Shown: positions 1 to 10,653, counted from the first letter of the stretch. The stretch is DNA of 64,000 bases from Verrucomicrobiota bacterium (GCA_027622665.1 JAQBYT010000001.1:434049-498048), one strand, 5' to 3'. The notes: generated from the sequence alone by a model not told the origin. Translations and numbers: made by a program.

Positions 1-171
1 CCCGGCGATCTCGCTTTTGTGCTCGAACCGCTTGTGGGAAAACTCAAAACACAGCCATCCGACGTTTCCTCTCAGCTTGAGGAGCTTCGTATTCCCGATG
101 ACTTGTACGATTGGTACCGAGATCATGCCGAGGATTCTTCACGCTATATCCGCCGATTCAAGATTTCTTGA
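1..171 (+). CDS. 3' end of a CDS entering from the left edge (partial, product unknown)
   Basis: Frame +1 is open from base 1 to TGA at 169-171 (PGDLAFVLEPLVGKLK...YIRRFKIS*) and ends 7 nt before the next ATG. Confidence 0.65.
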   Translation, partial: PGDLAFVLEPLVGKLKTQPSDVSSQLEELRIPDDLYDWYRDHAEDSSRYIRRFKIS

Positions 172-178
172 GCGTCCC

Positions 179-922
179 ATGCCCGATTCTTTTCTCATCC
201 TTCCTTTTTTGTGCGAATCCGCAGCCGTCAACATGGCTACTGACCTGTGGCTTTTTCAGGAGTACCCCGAAGCCTCTCTGCCCCGTTTTCGCCGCTTTGC
301 GTGGAATCGACCTTCTGTTACTTTCGGGTATGGGCAGGACTTTTCTTGGGTGCTCGAGGAAACCAAATGCGCTGAGATTGACCTCTGTCGTCGCCCCACC
401 GGTGGAGGGATCGTAAAGCATGGCGAGGATTGGACCTATTCGCTTGTCTTCCCTCCTTCTCATCATGTGTGCGAGGGTTCGGCGAGCGAGGTCTATTTGC
501 ATGTACATCGCGCAATTTCGGTCTCCCTCGCGAAATGTGGCGTGGATACGGTATTGCTTCCTTGCAAGGAAGGCAGTTGTTCTGTCACGCCTCGCAAAGT
601 TATCCCCGGACGGTGTTTCCTTGAGCCTGTCGCCCGCGACGTTATCTTGTCCGCGACTGATTCCAAAATTGCCGGTGCTGCGATAAAACGGACTCGAGCC
701 GGTCTGCTCCTGCAGGGAACTATCGATGCGCGGGTACTTCCAAAGGTAAATTGGAATTTTTTCGAAACATTGTTCCTTGCAGAACTTTCTGCCTATCTTG
801 GCGCCGAACCTGAACTCGCCGAGTGGCCTCAATCCTTCGAGAGTTCTCGCAAGCCTTATGTGGAGCAGTTCGCCTCTACGGGTTGGCTTCGTGAGAGGAA
901 GGCGACTCTTTCACGAAAGTGA
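179..922 (+). CDS. Lipoate-protein ligase A / LipL-like (BPL/LPL family) protein
   Basis: NMATD, PSVTFGYGQ, RRPTGGGIVKH and KIAGAA motifs; start set to ATG 179 to avoid overlapping the upstream CDS. Confidence 0.85.
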   Translation: MPDSFLILPFLCESAAVNMATDLWLFQEYPEASLPRFRRFAWNRPSVTFGYGQDFSWVLEETKCAEIDLCRRPTGGGIVKHGEDWTYSLVFPPSHHVCEGSASEVYLHVHRAISVSLAKCGVDTVLLPCKEGSCSVTPRKVIPGRCFLEPVARDVILSATDSKIAGAAIKRTRAGLLLQGTIDARVLPKVNWNFFETLFLAELSAYLGAEPELAEWPQSFESSRKPYVEQFASTGWLRERKATLSRK

Positions 923-2117
923 GCACGTTTTCCACATGCCGCGTTTGCGGAAAAAGATCAAATGGTTGTGCCTTTACGATGGCATAACCACCTTCTATCA
1001 GATATTGAGAGTCCCTTGCCTGAGTGGAGGGGTCGCATGAAACATAGATGATGCGAGCTGGCCCGAACGCCAGAGCTTGCCTAAGAAAATCATCGCCGCA
1101 ACCCTTACGTGGCGGATCCACCACCAGAGAGCACGACTCGCCCGAAATGTTTACCTCGGCAAAGATTTCAGAGGCATTACCTAGCAGAAACTCACAATTT
1201 TCGATCCGGTTAACAACGGCATTCGCTCGTGCCCAGTCAAAACCGTCTCGACTTATCTCCACTCCCATTACTCGGGCGAAGCGTTTGGCTGCCGAGAGTG
1301 CGAACAGGCCGCCGCCACAGTAAGCGTCGACCAAGCATTCGAGTCCCTCTCCTTCGGCCTCCGACACCACGTGACTTACCATTTCGGGAAGCAGGAAAGA
1401 ATTATTTTGAAAAAATTCGCCTGCTTTGAATTGAAAAACGAGGTCGTTCACAGTTTCTGAAACAATGGCTTGAGAGTCTGTCGTCACTCCTTCTTGTGTA
1501 TCTCTAAGAAGCAAGGTGCCTCCCTTTTTCCTTTTCCAAGTTGACCTTAAATTTTGGCGGGCTTCCGCGAGAGCTGCATTGATACCTTCTGTGGCGATGG
1601 GACATTGAGGCACATCCAAGATAGTACGGCGTGAACCTTGTCGGAGGAAGCCAATGGCACCGATTTCTCCATCTTTATCTTTTTGAAAATGAGGAGTAAG
1701 CTTAGAACGGTAACCGTAGGGTTTGGGGGAGGGAAATACGGGCAACACCTCTATGTCCACTCCTCCGATACGGTTCATTGACTCTTTTACATGTCGTTGC
1801 TTCCATTCGAGTTGGGCTTTGTAGGAGACATGCTGGTACTGGCAGCCTCCGCAATCCGAGTATAATGGGCAAACAGGTTCCACTCGCTCCGGAGAAGATT
1901 CCAGTACCTCGATGCAGTCTGCGACCGAATAGCTTGTGTGATTTCGGTACACGCGAGCCTTTATGGTTTCGCCCGGCAGGACGTGAGCGACCTGCACCAC
2001 CCAATCGCCGTCTCGAGCTATTCCTCGTCCAAGGTTCGTCAAATCTTCCACACGCAGTGTGAGCTCTTCGTGGTATTCGTATGGTTCTGGGCGAAAGTTT
2101 TTCGGGGCTTGCATCAT
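876..2117 (-). CDS. rlmD: RNA (uracil-5)-methyltransferase, TrmA/RlmD family
   Basis: TRAM-like N-terminus, Fe-S cysteines CPLYSDCGGCQYQH, FFQNN, DAYCGGG, DPPRKG, YVSCDP, FDLFPQTRHVE. Confidence 0.88.
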   Translation of the reverse strand: MMQAPKNFRPEPYEYHEELTLRVEDLTNLGRGIARDGDWVVQVAHVLPGETIKARVYRNHTSYSVADCIEVLESSPERVEPVCPLYSDCGGCQYQHVSYKAQLEWKQRHVKESMNRIGGVDIEVLPVFPSPKPYGYRSKLTPHFQKDKDGEIGAIGFLRQGSRRTILDVPQCPIATEGINAALAEARQNLRSTWKRKKGGTLLLRDTQEGVTTDSQAIVSETVNDLVFQFKAGEFFQNNSFLLPEMVSHVVSEAEGEGLECLVDAYCGGGLFALSAAKRFARVMGVEISRDGFDWARANAVVNRIENCEFLLGNASEIFAEVNISGESCSLVVDPPRKGCGDDFLRQALAFGPARIIYVSCDPSTQARDSQYLIEGGYAIVKAQPFDLFPQTRHVENVLTFVKESPSSHEANP

Positions 2118-2173
2118 AAGAAAATCTTTATCTTGCTCGACCGTTGTATGCAAAACCGTTTTTTACAGTAGTC

Positions 2174-2980
2174 TTGAGTGAAGTCATTATGAGTCTCCAA
2201 AACTCACGAGTCAAAGAACTTGTGAAGCTCCGTGAATCTCCTCGACGGCGTAGGGAGTTGAGCCTTTTTCCCATTGAAGGGTTGCGAGAAATCGAAGTTG
2301 GCATTGATGCCGAGCGCATTTTCACGGAGGTTTATTTTTGTCCGTCTTTTTTTCGTGAGCGAGGAGAGGAGATTCTTTTACACCGCTTCAAGGAGGCTGA
2401 CGCCGAGCTTGTCGAACTGGGTAAAGATGCCTTTGCAAAGTCGGCTTATCGTGAAAACCCGGAGGGATTGATCGCCCTTGCCAAGACCTTCGACTTGCAG
2501 CCCAGTCGTCTTTCTTTAGGGGCTAAGCCGCTCGTACTTGTTCTCGATGAAGTGGAGAAACCGGGCAATCTCGGTGCCGTATTGCGTAGCGCCGAAGCTT
2601 TTGGCGTCGACGCCGTCCTGTTGTCGGACGCCGTCGTTGACTTTTTCAACCCTAACGTCATTCGCTCTTCCCAGGGTCTCTCGTTACGAATGCCAGTTGC
2701 CGTTGGATCAAAGGAAGAGGTACTCACCTTTATCCGTGCCCACAAACTAAGCATATGTGGCTCCAGTTCCAAGAATGCCGTACCTTTGTGGGAGGGTGAT
2801 TTCACAAGTGGGGTAGCGATTCTTTTTGGTAGTGAGCGCGAAGGACTTGGACCTTTTTGGATGGAGAATCAAGATGAGTCTCTTGTTATTCCGATGTCCG
2901 ACTCCTCCGATTCCCTGAATCTCTCGGTTTCTGCAGCGTGCTTTCTCTCTGAGGCCGCAAGGCAGAGGCGGAGCCAGTAG
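2174..2980 (+). CDS. TrmH/SpoU family RNA 2'-O-methyltransferase
   Basis: SLQNSRVK N-terminus, EKPGNLGAVLRSA, FGSEREGL, IPM..SDSLNLSVS; start may be TTG 2174 or ATG 2189. Confidence 0.9.
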   Translation: MSEVIMSLQNSRVKELVKLRESPRRRRELSLFPIEGLREIEVGIDAERIFTEVYFCPSFFRERGEEILLHRFKEADAELVELGKDAFAKSAYRENPEGLIALAKTFDLQPSRLSLGAKPLVLVLDEVEKPGNLGAVLRSAEAFGVDAVLLSDAVVDFFNPNVIRSSQGLSLRMPVAVGSKEEVLTFIRAHKLSICGSSSKNAVPLWEGDFTSGVAILFGSEREGLGPFWMENQDESLVIPMSDSSDSLNLSVSAACFLSEAARQRRSQ

Positions 2981-3982
2981 CTACCCAAGTCCTTTGACTG
3001 AAGCTTTTAACCAATCGACCGTGTCGCTGAGGCCGTCCTTCATTGATACGATCGGCTCGTAGCCAAGATCCCGTCGAGCCGCGTCGATCGAAAACCAGTG
3101 ATCTTTGGCAAGCTGGACGGCAACGAATCGAGTCATTGGGGGCTCGCCTGTAAGCCGAAGTACTTTCCAAATTAACTCCAGCACGAAACCCAAGGAGTGT
3201 GCGGAGCGAAAGGAAACCTTCTTGGAGAGTGGCGGGAGATCGAGATGGGAAAAGAGGTGGTTTAGCCATTTCCACAGAGCAACGGGGTCATCCTGCGAAA
3301 TGAAATAGGCTTGCCCGCCAGAGTGGCGGCCTGATGCGAGGGCGTCCAGAGCCAATATATGAGCGTGAGCAACATTATCGACATGGGTTAGATCCATATG
3401 GTTTTCGCCCGACCCCACAATGCGCAGTTTACCTGCCATGTGTCGTGCTATAGCTTTTGGCAGTAGGTGAGGGTCGCCCGGCCCCCATACGAGATGCGGC
3501 CTGAGTGCGAGGGTTTTAAGACCGCTTTTCCCATTGGCGGCGAGGACTTCACGCTCAGCTTCTGCCTTGGTTCGAGCATAATGGCAGAGCCAGTTGCTGC
3601 CGTAGGGCAGCGACTCGTCGGCTCCGCGAAAGGATTCGCCGGAAAAAACAACGCTGGGAGAACTGGTGTGGATTAGGATGTTAATGCTGTGCGTACGGCA
3701 GGCCTCGAGGATTTGACGGGTGGCCGATACATTGGCCGCATGATAGCTTGACGCGGAACCCCAGACGCCTGCTTTTGCGGCAATGTGAAAGACGGCGTCC
3801 ACGCCTTGGCATATCACTTCGGGAATCGTTTCGCGGGCAAGGTCAACTTGGTGAAAGACCGAACTGGTTTCCTCCTTGGGTGTGGTACGGCCAATTACAT
3901 GAACCTCGTGTCCATTTTCCAATAGGCGCCGGACGACTCGCCCGCCAATAAATCCGGAGCCGCCTGTTACGAGAACCTTCAT
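2981..3982 (-). CDS. oleD: OleD-type 2-alkyl-3-oxoalkanoate reductase (extended SDR, 3-beta-HSD family)
   Basis: TGGSGFIG, AAKAGVWG, TSSPSVV, HYARTK, LRPHLVWGPGD, EPPMTRF, ARRDLGYEP; 4-nt overlap with oleC. Confidence 0.85.
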   Translation of the reverse strand: MKVLVTGGSGFIGGRVVRRLLENGHEVHVIGRTTPKEETSSVFHQVDLARETIPEVICQGVDAVFHIAAKAGVWGSASSYHAANVSATRQILEACRTHSINILIHTSSPSVVFSGESFRGADESLPYGSNWLCHYARTKAEAEREVLAANGKSGLKTLALRPHLVWGPGDPHLLPKAIARHMAGKLRIVGSGENHMDLTHVDNVAHAHILALDALASGRHSGGQAYFISQDDPVALWKWLNHLFSHLDLPPLSKKVSFRSAHSLGFVLELIWKVLRLTGEPPMTRFVAVQLAKDHWFSIDAARRDLGYEPIVSMKDGLSDTVDWLKASVKGLG

Positions 3983-5637
3983 GGCAAATACGCTTGGGCT
4001 TGGGCAACTTTCGCCTTTATCGCTCCTTTGCGGGCAAGGCTGAGACGGTGAATCTTTGCGTTGTGTCGCGTGTCCACAGGCAAAGATCGCTCGAAGAAGA
4101 TAAGCCTAATTAAGCGAAGGCGTTCGTGCTCGTGAAGCTTTTCGAGAATTGTTTTGGCCAAGCGTTTCTTGTCGGCCATCGTTTCCGGGAAATGTTCGGT
4201 TTCGGGTTCCACCACGAGGGCAGGTTCCTTTTCCCGATCATCGCCTAAGCCGATCAGGGCACTGCGGCGAACCTCGGTCAGCGCATTGACGATGGGTTCG
4301 CATCTTTCAGTCTCAAGGGGACCATCGGAGGTGCGGACGCATTCCGCTTTGCGGCCGAGAAAACGCAAGTAGCCTTTTCGGTCGAAATAACCGAGGTCGC
4401 CCATGCGGTGAAGAATTCGTTTATCGTCGCATACCTTAGAATCATAAGTCGCCCCTGGCATTCGATAGTAGCTTTTGGTTACGACTGGGCCGGCGACCGC
4501 GATTTCGCCCACTTCTCCGTCCCGTAGCTCTTCGACTTCACCGAGGTTTGGAATCGGCGAATTGCATACGGGGAGAATTCGGATGTCTATATTTGGAAGG
4601 GGTTTGCCGAGACAGGAACCTTCACCTTGCTCCGTGCTTTCGCGCGTAGCTAAAATGTCATCTGCATCGGCAACGGACAAGGGTAGGGCCTCGGTCGCTC
4701 CATAAGGCGCGAGAATGCGTGCGTTTGGGAGGATTGGAATTAATTTTTGGACAAGGGCCGGAGGTGCTGCGGCCCCAGCAATGAATATGCGACGAATGCC
4801 GGGGAGCTCTACTTTGTGGGTCTCGCAATGGTCGGCAATTTTTCGCCAAAGGACCGGGGATCCGAACGCACTCGTGATTTTGTGCTTTCGCATAGCGGCG
4901 ACAAGCTTGCCTGCATCGGCTTGTGCCGGTTTGCGCGGATCCATGTCGGGTATTACGCTGGTCATGCCGAGAGCGGGGTTGAATAGGGCGAAAACGGGAA
5001 GTGTCACCAAATCTTGCTCGCCGGTCTCGATGCCGAAATTCTTTTTCAGCATCTGCACTTGCGCGGCAAATGTGCCGTGGTCGTAACAGACTCCTTTGGG
5101 AGGGCCGGTGGAACCTGAGGTAAACAGAATTGCGGCCAGATCATCCGCGTTGACTTCTGCGGCATGGAGGGGTTCCAAGGATTGATGATTCCTCAATTCT
5201 CGCAGGAAGTGATTTCCTCGCACGACGACTTTTTTATGTACCCCCGAGAATGAGCCGCGAAAAAAGCGTGACAGAAGCCATGCCAAAGGGATACCGATGA
5301 GTCCGTCCGGCTTTGTGCTCTTCACGCATCTCAACAAGTTTTGCAGTCCCATCCCGGAGTCAATTACCACCGGGCAAGCTCCTAGCAGAAAAAGCGCGAA
5401 CACGTTAAGTATGAGTTCGTAGCCCGGATGAACCATGACCAGAATTTTATCCTGTGGCCGAATGTCGCGTTCGGATAGAAGGCGTGCGCATGCGGCCACG
5501 TCTTTTTCCAATTCGGCAAAGGTGCGAGCGGCAAAAGCTCCTTCTCTGGCTGGAAGAATTGCCGTTTTGTGAGGTTGGTTTTGGGCCGCGAGAGCCAAGT
5601 GGGCTGCCACGTTTACCGGTTCGCGGCCTTCATTCAT
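3979..5637 (-). CDS. oleC: OleC-type olefin beta-lactone synthetase (AMP-forming ligase)
   Basis: NVAAHL N-terminus, AILFTSGSTGPPKGV, PYGATEALP, HRMGDLGY, C-terminal LPVDTRHNAKI; adjacent to oleD. Confidence 0.85.
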   Translation of the reverse strand: MNEGREPVNVAAHLALAAQNQPHKTAILPAREGAFAARTFAELEKDVAACARLLSERDIRPQDKILVMVHPGYELILNVFALFLLGACPVVIDSGMGLQNLLRCVKSTKPDGLIGIPLAWLLSRFFRGSFSGVHKKVVVRGNHFLRELRNHQSLEPLHAAEVNADDLAAILFTSGSTGPPKGVCYDHGTFAAQVQMLKKNFGIETGEQDLVTLPVFALFNPALGMTSVIPDMDPRKPAQADAGKLVAAMRKHKITSAFGSPVLWRKIADHCETHKVELPGIRRIFIAGAAAPPALVQKLIPILPNARILAPYGATEALPLSVADADDILATRESTEQGEGSCLGKPLPNIDIRILPVCNSPIPNLGEVEELRDGEVGEIAVAGPVVTKSYYRMPGATYDSKVCDDKRILHRMGDLGYFDRKGYLRFLGRKAECVRTSDGPLETERCEPIVNALTEVRRSALIGLGDDREKEPALVVEPETEHFPETMADKKRLAKTILEKLHEHERLRLIRLIFFERSLPVDTRHNAKIHRLSLARKGAIKAKVAQAQAYLP

Positions 5638-5645
5638 GAGTGCAT

Positions 5646-6575
5646 CTATTCCTTTTCAGCGAGCCAACGCTCTGCTTCTATCGCCGCCTGGCATCCCATT
5701 CCTGCGGCAGTTATGGCCTGACGATAGGCATGATCCGCGCAATCGCCGGCAACGTATACGCCCGGCACGGAGGAGCGAACCATGCTGTTCTGCTCGGGGA
5801 CAAGGTAACCATCTTCGTCGAGTTCGAGGACGCCTTCAAACGGTTTCGTGTTGGGGATGTGCCCAATGGCAATAAAAACACCCTTGCAGGGAACGTTGCT
5901 CGTGTCGTTGGCTTTAAGATTCCGGATTTTAACAGCGTTTGCCTTGCCGTCTTCGCCGGCTAAAACCTCTTCGACGGCAGAATCCCAAATCACCTCGATT
6001 TTTTCGTGAGCAAGTGCCCGTTCGGCCATGATTCTTGACGCTCGGAGCTCACCTCTTCGGTGAACAAGAGTTACTTTGGAGCAAAACCTTGTAAGGAAAA
6101 GGGATTCTTCGCATGCTGAATCGCCACCGCCAACAACGACAACGTCCATGTCTCTGTAGAATGCGCCATCGCAAGTGGCGCAAGTGGTGACTCCTTTACC
6201 GCCATACATTTCTTTCTCGCCCGGTATGCCCAGAAGGCGAGGGGCGGCTCCGGTGGCAATGATGACGGTGCGGGCCTCGAAGCTCTTTTCACCGGCATAA
6301 AGAATTTTGCGTTCCTCGGAAAAATCGACGCGATCGACTAATGCGCTCTCAAAACGAGAGCCGAAACGAGCGGCTTGCTTGCGAAGATTGTCCATGAGCA
6401 TGAAACCGTCGATGCCTTCGGGAAATCCAGGAAAGTTTTCCACTTCCGAGGTTGTGGTTAATTGCCCGCCAGGCAGGTCGCCCTCGAGTATCAGGGGCTG
6501 AAGATTAGCCCTCGCGGTGTAAATGCCCGCAGTGAACCCTGCGCAACCTGTTCCCAAGATGATGACGTTTTCCAT
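5646..6575 (-). CDS. trxB: Thioredoxin-disulfide reductase
   Basis: [22 protein letters not shown] active site, [15 protein letters not shown]. Confidence 0.96.
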   Translation of the reverse strand: MENVIILGTGCAGFTAGIYTARANLQPLILEGDLPGGQLTTTSEVENFPGFPEGIDGFMLMDNLRKQAARFGSRFESALVDRVDFSEERKILYAGEKSFEARTVIIATGAAPRLLGIPGEKEMYGGKGVTTCATCDGAFYRDMDVVVVGGGDSACEESLFLTRFCSKVTLVHRRGELRASRIMAERALAHEKIEVIWDSAVEEVLAGEDGKANAVKIRNLKANDTSNVPCKGVFIAIGHIPNTKPFEGVLELDEDGYLVPEQNSMVRSSVPGVYVAGDCADHAYRQAITAAGMGCQAAIEAERWLAEKE

Positions 6576-6682
6576 TTTTTCTGTTATCCGAAGATTGTTA
6601 TTGTACTTAGTATTTCTAAAAGTGAAAGTCGATTTCGGTTTACGTGGAGGCGGAGGCAACGTTTTTCCTTCATTAGTTGAAT

Positions 6683-7486
6683 ATGAATTGGATCGACAGC
6701 CATTGCCATTTGGAAGGGTTTCTCAAGAAAGGAACTCTTTCCGAAATCCTCGGACGTACTCGTGAAGCGGGTATTTCACATTTGGTCGCGATTGGAACCG
6801 AACCCGAAGATTGGAAGGTCAACCATGATCTGGCCACGCAATTTTTAGACGAAATCCATTATACCGTTGGTTTGCATCCGAACCATGTCGATAGCTCATG
6901 GGAATACCATACTGTGAGCTTACAAGCTTTTTTTGCCTTAGAGCCAAAGCCTGTTGCTGTAGGAGAAATCGGGCTGGATTACTTTCGCTTGCCGAAAGAG
7001 GAGGCAAAGGCAGCGCCCATGAAAGCTAACCAGCGGGCGGCCTTTCGGTACCAATTGGCCTTGGCCAAGGAATTGGGTATGCCCGTGGTCGTCCATTGTC
7101 GGGGCGCTTTTGCTGATTGCGTTGCGGAAATCGATGACTCCGGCGTTGAGTGGAACAAAGTTGTTTTTCACTGTTTTGCCGATGGGCCGAATGAAATGAG
7201 GCAGTTAATGGAACGAGGCGGTCGTGGCTCTTTTACGGGTATAGTTACTTTCGGAAACGCAGAGAATGTCCGTGAAGCTGCTCTCTTGCAGGGTTTGGAA
7301 AAACTTATGCTGGAAACGGATAGCCCTTATCTTGCCCCCGTCCCCTTTCGTGGAAAATCGAACGAGCCTTCATTCCTTCCTTATATCGGTAAATATTTGT
7401 CGAAGGCTTTAGAGGTGGAGGAGGCAGATCTTGCTGCAATTACGACTCGCAACACCCTTGACTTTTACTGCTTGTCCTCGTCATGA
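6683..7486 (+). CDS. tatD: TatD family hydrolase
   Basis: [34 protein letters not shown]. Confidence 0.93.
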   Translation: MNWIDSHCHLEGFLKKGTLSEILGRTREAGISHLVAIGTEPEDWKVNHDLATQFLDEIHYTVGLHPNHVDSSWEYHTVSLQAFFALEPKPVAVGEIGLDYFRLPKEEAKAAPMKANQRAAFRYQLALAKELGMPVVVHCRGAFADCVAEIDDSGVEWNKVVFHCFADGPNEMRQLMERGGRGSFTGIVTFGNAENVREAALLQGLEKLMLETDSPYLAPVPFRGKSNEPSFLPYIGKYLSKALEVEEADLAAITTRNTLDFYCLSSS

Positions 7487-7499
7487 CTGATAGACTGTT

Positions 7500-7865
7500 A
7501 TGGCATCCGACAAGGCAACGATACAGGAACTCATCCTGACGATACGCTCTTTTGCTCAAGATCGAGATTGGGAACAATTTCATGCTCCCAAAAATCTTTC
7601 GATGGCTCTTGCCGCAGAAGCCGGAGAACTCATGGAGCATTTTCTTTGGTGCGAGAGCGAAAAATCCCGCCAGTTTTGCGATAATCCGGAGAAGAAAGCT
7701 GCCATCGCCGATGAGTTGGCCGATGTATTGATATATGCCCTAAGATTTGCCGATGTTGCATGTATCGATCCCGTAGTTGCGATTAACGAAAAGATGCAGA
7801 AAAACAAAGATCGTTATCCTGTGGATAAAGCTAAGGGAAAATCCGACAAATATAATGAATTATGA
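7500..7865 (+). CDS. MazG-like nucleotide pyrophosphohydrolase (dCTP pyrophosphatase-like)
   Basis: RDWEQFHAPKNL, EAGELMEHF, DELADV, N..RYPV.KAKG. Confidence 0.92.
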   Translation: MASDKATIQELILTIRSFAQDRDWEQFHAPKNLSMALAAEAGELMEHFLWCESEKSRQFCDNPEKKAAIADELADVLIYALRFADVACIDPVVAINEKMQKNKDRYPVDKAKGKSDKYNEL

Positions 7866-7926
7866 TTTATGATATTGGGGTTGAATCCTAATCGATTTCA
7901 ATGTTCGATAAACCTTTTTAACCGTA

Positions 7927-8610
7927 ATGGACATTAAGAATAAAAGAGCTCAAGTAATTGTAAACTTGCACAAATTAAGGCGCAAAGCGAAAGAGCTTGA
8001 AGCTACTCAATCAGCAGGTACTGACAGCAAGGCAGATATGGAAGCCTGCCGGGGGGAGATAAATATTCTTCAAAAGGAATTGGATTCAATTAATGAGGGA
8101 GGTCACACCACTTTCTTGAAGGCCAAGAATATGCTCCAGCCCAAAAAGGGCATTTCTGGAAAGAATCGTCGTATTAAATGGCGAAAGGCCCAAATCGAGA
8201 AACGCATTGCGAGATTAGAGACTAGGCAAGAAGAAGCCGACGTAACCGACGAAGAGCGGGCCGAGAATGTTGTCAAACTCGCAAAGTTTCGGGACGAGCT
8301 TGCTTCTCTTGACGAAGAAAAATCGGCTCTCAAAGATTTCAATCACACAAGGTTTATGGCCGCGCACAAAGATGATAGTCAGGGAGATAAGCAGAATGAC
8401 GAAATCGAGCAAGTGAACAAAAAGATTCACGATCTGGAGACCAAGTTGGAGCGGGCGAGCAAAGAAAGCAACGCCCCCTCGGTCGAGGACTTGAAAGAAG
8501 AGCTTCATTTGTTGGAGATGGAAAAGGAATCCATCGAAAACTTTACTCACGACCTTTTTCTTAAAAACCTCGCAAACCTAAAAGCCAAAAGGCGTAGCGA
8601 GCTTAAGTAA
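7927..8610 (+). CDS. Hypothetical charged coiled-coil protein with three internal repeats
   Basis: 227-aa ORF rich in K/E; recurring EL..L..E..S......H..F motif. Confidence 0.75.
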   Translation: MDIKNKRAQVIVNLHKLRRKAKELEATQSAGTDSKADMEACRGEINILQKELDSINEGGHTTFLKAKNMLQPKKGISGKNRRIKWRKAQIEKRIARLETRQEEADVTDEERAENVVKLAKFRDELASLDEEKSALKDFNHTRFMAAHKDDSQGDKQNDEIEQVNKKIHDLETKLERASKESNAPSVEDLKEELHLLEMEKESIENFTHDLFLKNLANLKAKRRSELK

Positions 8611-8684
8611 TTCGATTCCGCGTTTTATTTTAAGGAGTGGCGACCTCGGATGGGCTTTCTTTTAAGTACCCTTAAACCATTGCT

Positions 8685-10532
8685 TTAACTTTCCTTTTCG
8701 GATCGCCCTGATTGCTTTATTTGCTCGGCGTAGATGGTTACCTGAGCCTTTTCTCCCTTAACCAACTCCTTGGCTCTTCGAATGGCCTTGGCGACTGAAA
8801 GAGTTGGATTGCTTGGGCTGTCTATGAAGAGGTTTTTGCGATTGAGGCGTGGAAGCAGTCCCGAGTTTCGAAAAATGCGCAAAATATCTTTTCGTATCTC
8901 GCACAAAAGTACATGGCAATTCTTCTCTTTGAGATAGTCCAATAACTCTTCCAGTGCCAGCACTGAAGTGGCATCAAGATGGTGGGCATTACGTAACTTT
9001 AGCACAAGTACACGCAGGTTCCGGTCTTCGCCCACCCTCCGTATTTGTTCGTAAAACAATTCGGCGGCTGCAAAAAACAATTCGCCTTCCACATGGACGA
9101 TCGAAACTTCAGGTTCCGGTCGTTTTGCGTTATCGGAGATGGCCGCGAGATGACCTTCCTTAGTATAGCCGTACTCCACTAACTCGGGTTCGGACACCTT
9201 CCTTAAAAATAAAAGTATCGACGTGGTCACTCCTGCAAAAATCGCGATTTGTAAAGAAAGCAACAGGCCGAAAACGAGAGTTACCGTGAACGCGATACCG
9301 TCCGAGCGCGTGGCTCGAGCCACGGCTCGAATCTGCTTTGATCTGATCAGGGATGCACCAATGAACACCACCAAGGTGGCTAAGGCCGGCAAAGGGACGT
9401 AGCTTACGAGATGTCCGAGAAAAAAGGCAGCCGCCAACACTATCAGCCCGGCAAAAAGCATGGAAACCTGGGATCGGGCTCCACTTTGAGTATTGACCGT
9501 AGACCGAGTCAAAGATCCAGACGCCGGCATGCCGGAGAAAAAGGCACATGCCAAGTTGCTCGCGCCAATGGCAAAAGTTTCTTGGTTGGCATTTAGGCGT
9601 TCTCCCGCTCGAGCGGCTAATGACTTGCCGATGGAAATGCCTTCCAGTGCGCAAAGCAGGGCCAAGGCTCCAGCGGTCCAACAGATCGTGCCAAAAGAAG
9701 AAATGCCTATTGCGTCGAAGTCAGGCAGTGAAAAAATCCCTACTCCTGCTGAAAAAGCTTCCAAGGTTTGTAGCTCTAAACCGTATGCCTTGAAGCCGAG
9801 CGACGCGATTGATGCGAGGGCCAAGGTAATCGCAACATTAGGCAGCTTGCAAAAACGTCCCCGAAGCAAAAGAAAAAGTACGGCCGTCAAGGCACTCATT
9901 GCAATCGCCGGTCCAGAAGCATTGCCTATCGACCGAATCGTTGCCCATGCCACCTCGAGAAAGGTCGACGGAGCGTCCCCGCCTTCAAAACGAAAACCGA
10001 GGATATGGTGGCACTGGTTGGCGATGATGAGGACGGCGGCAGCCGTCACGTACGCCGTGATCACCGTTCGGGAAACGTATTGTACCATGGTGGCTAGGCG
10101 TAACCAGGAGGCGACGACAAGAAAGATGCCGGCTAGCAATGGAAAAAGAGGCAGCAGCGCCAGCGCTTCGCCTGAAGCTACTCCGCCTGCGTCGGTTAAT
10201 TGCAATCCGGCGAATGTTCCGAAAAGAAGCACCGCAGTAGCATTGGTGGGGCCAAGGGCGATAAAGCGAGATCCCGTGAAAAGCGAACCCACGATGGCCG
10301 CCACCGCCGAACCAAAGATACCGTACTTTATGGGAATTCCCGCAACCAAGGCATAAGCCATTCCCTGAGGAAAAGCCAATAGGGCAACGTTCAGCGCTGC
10401 CCTAAAGTCTCCCGAAAAGTCTTCTCGCTTGTAGTTTCCGAGTGCTTGGAGGATGGGAAACAATCTTATTCCGGGAGAAATGGCTGCAGGCAAATGCCCG
10501 AAAGCTCCCGATTTGTTTTTTTTTGGCGCCAT
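8685..10532 (-). CDS. SulP family anion permease with C-terminal STAS domain
   Basis: PQGMAYAL, GPT, SGSLTRS, multiple TM segments, EGELFFAA and LDATS in the STAS domain. Confidence 0.93.
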   Translation of the reverse strand: MAPKKNKSGAFGHLPAAISPGIRLFPILQALGNYKREDFSGDFRAALNVALLAFPQGMAYALVAGIPIKYGIFGSAVAAIVGSLFTGSRFIALGPTNATAVLLFGTFAGLQLTDAGGVASGEALALLPLFPLLAGIFLVVASWLRLATMVQYVSRTVITAYVTAAAVLIIANQCHHILGFRFEGGDAPSTFLEVAWATIRSIGNASGPAIAMSALTAVLFLLLRGRFCKLPNVAITLALASIASLGFKAYGLELQTLEAFSAGVGIFSLPDFDAIGISSFGTICWTAGALALLCALEGISIGKSLAARAGERLNANQETFAIGASNLACAFFSGMPASGSLTRSTVNTQSGARSQVSMLFAGLIVLAAAFFLGHLVSYVPLPALATLVVFIGASLIRSKQIRAVARATRSDGIAFTVTLVFGLLLSLQIAIFAGVTTSILLFLRKVSEPELVEYGYTKEGHLAAISDNAKRPEPEVSIVHVEGELFFAAAELFYEQIRRVGEDRNLRVLVLKLRNAHHLDATSVLALEELLDYLKEKNCHVLLCEIRKDILRIFRNSGLLPRLNRKNLFIDSPSNPTLSVAKAIRRAKELVKGEKAQVTIYAEQIKQSGRSEKES

Positions 10533-10618
10533 TTTCAAGTTCTCGCGTTTGGCAAAATAGCGATGACTCGAAATTCTCCAAGTTCTTTCGCTCAAATGGA
10601 ATTTTTTTCGAATTCTCC

Positions 10619-10645
10619 TAAAGTTTTTAGTTTTCCGGCCGATTG
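10619..10645 (+). promoter_or_regulatory. sigma28 (FliA)-type promoter
   Basis: TAAAGTTT (10619-10626), 11-nt spacer, GCCGATTG (10638-10645); matches consensus TAAAGTTT-N11-GCCGATAA and lies upstream of the flagellins. Confidence 0.85.
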
Positions 10646-10653
10646 TTTTAGTA

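Noticed and set aside
9493..10356. Long antisense ORFs (this one, 19927-20823, 31531-32379, 32418-33239, 55485-56243 and others)
   Set aside because: They lie opposite well-supported genes and carry no motifs; codon-bias shadows
10516..10524. T9 homopolymer near the sulP start as a phase-variation tract
   Set aside because: In frame, encodes Lys-Lys-Asn, and similar A/T runs occur elsewhere in the window
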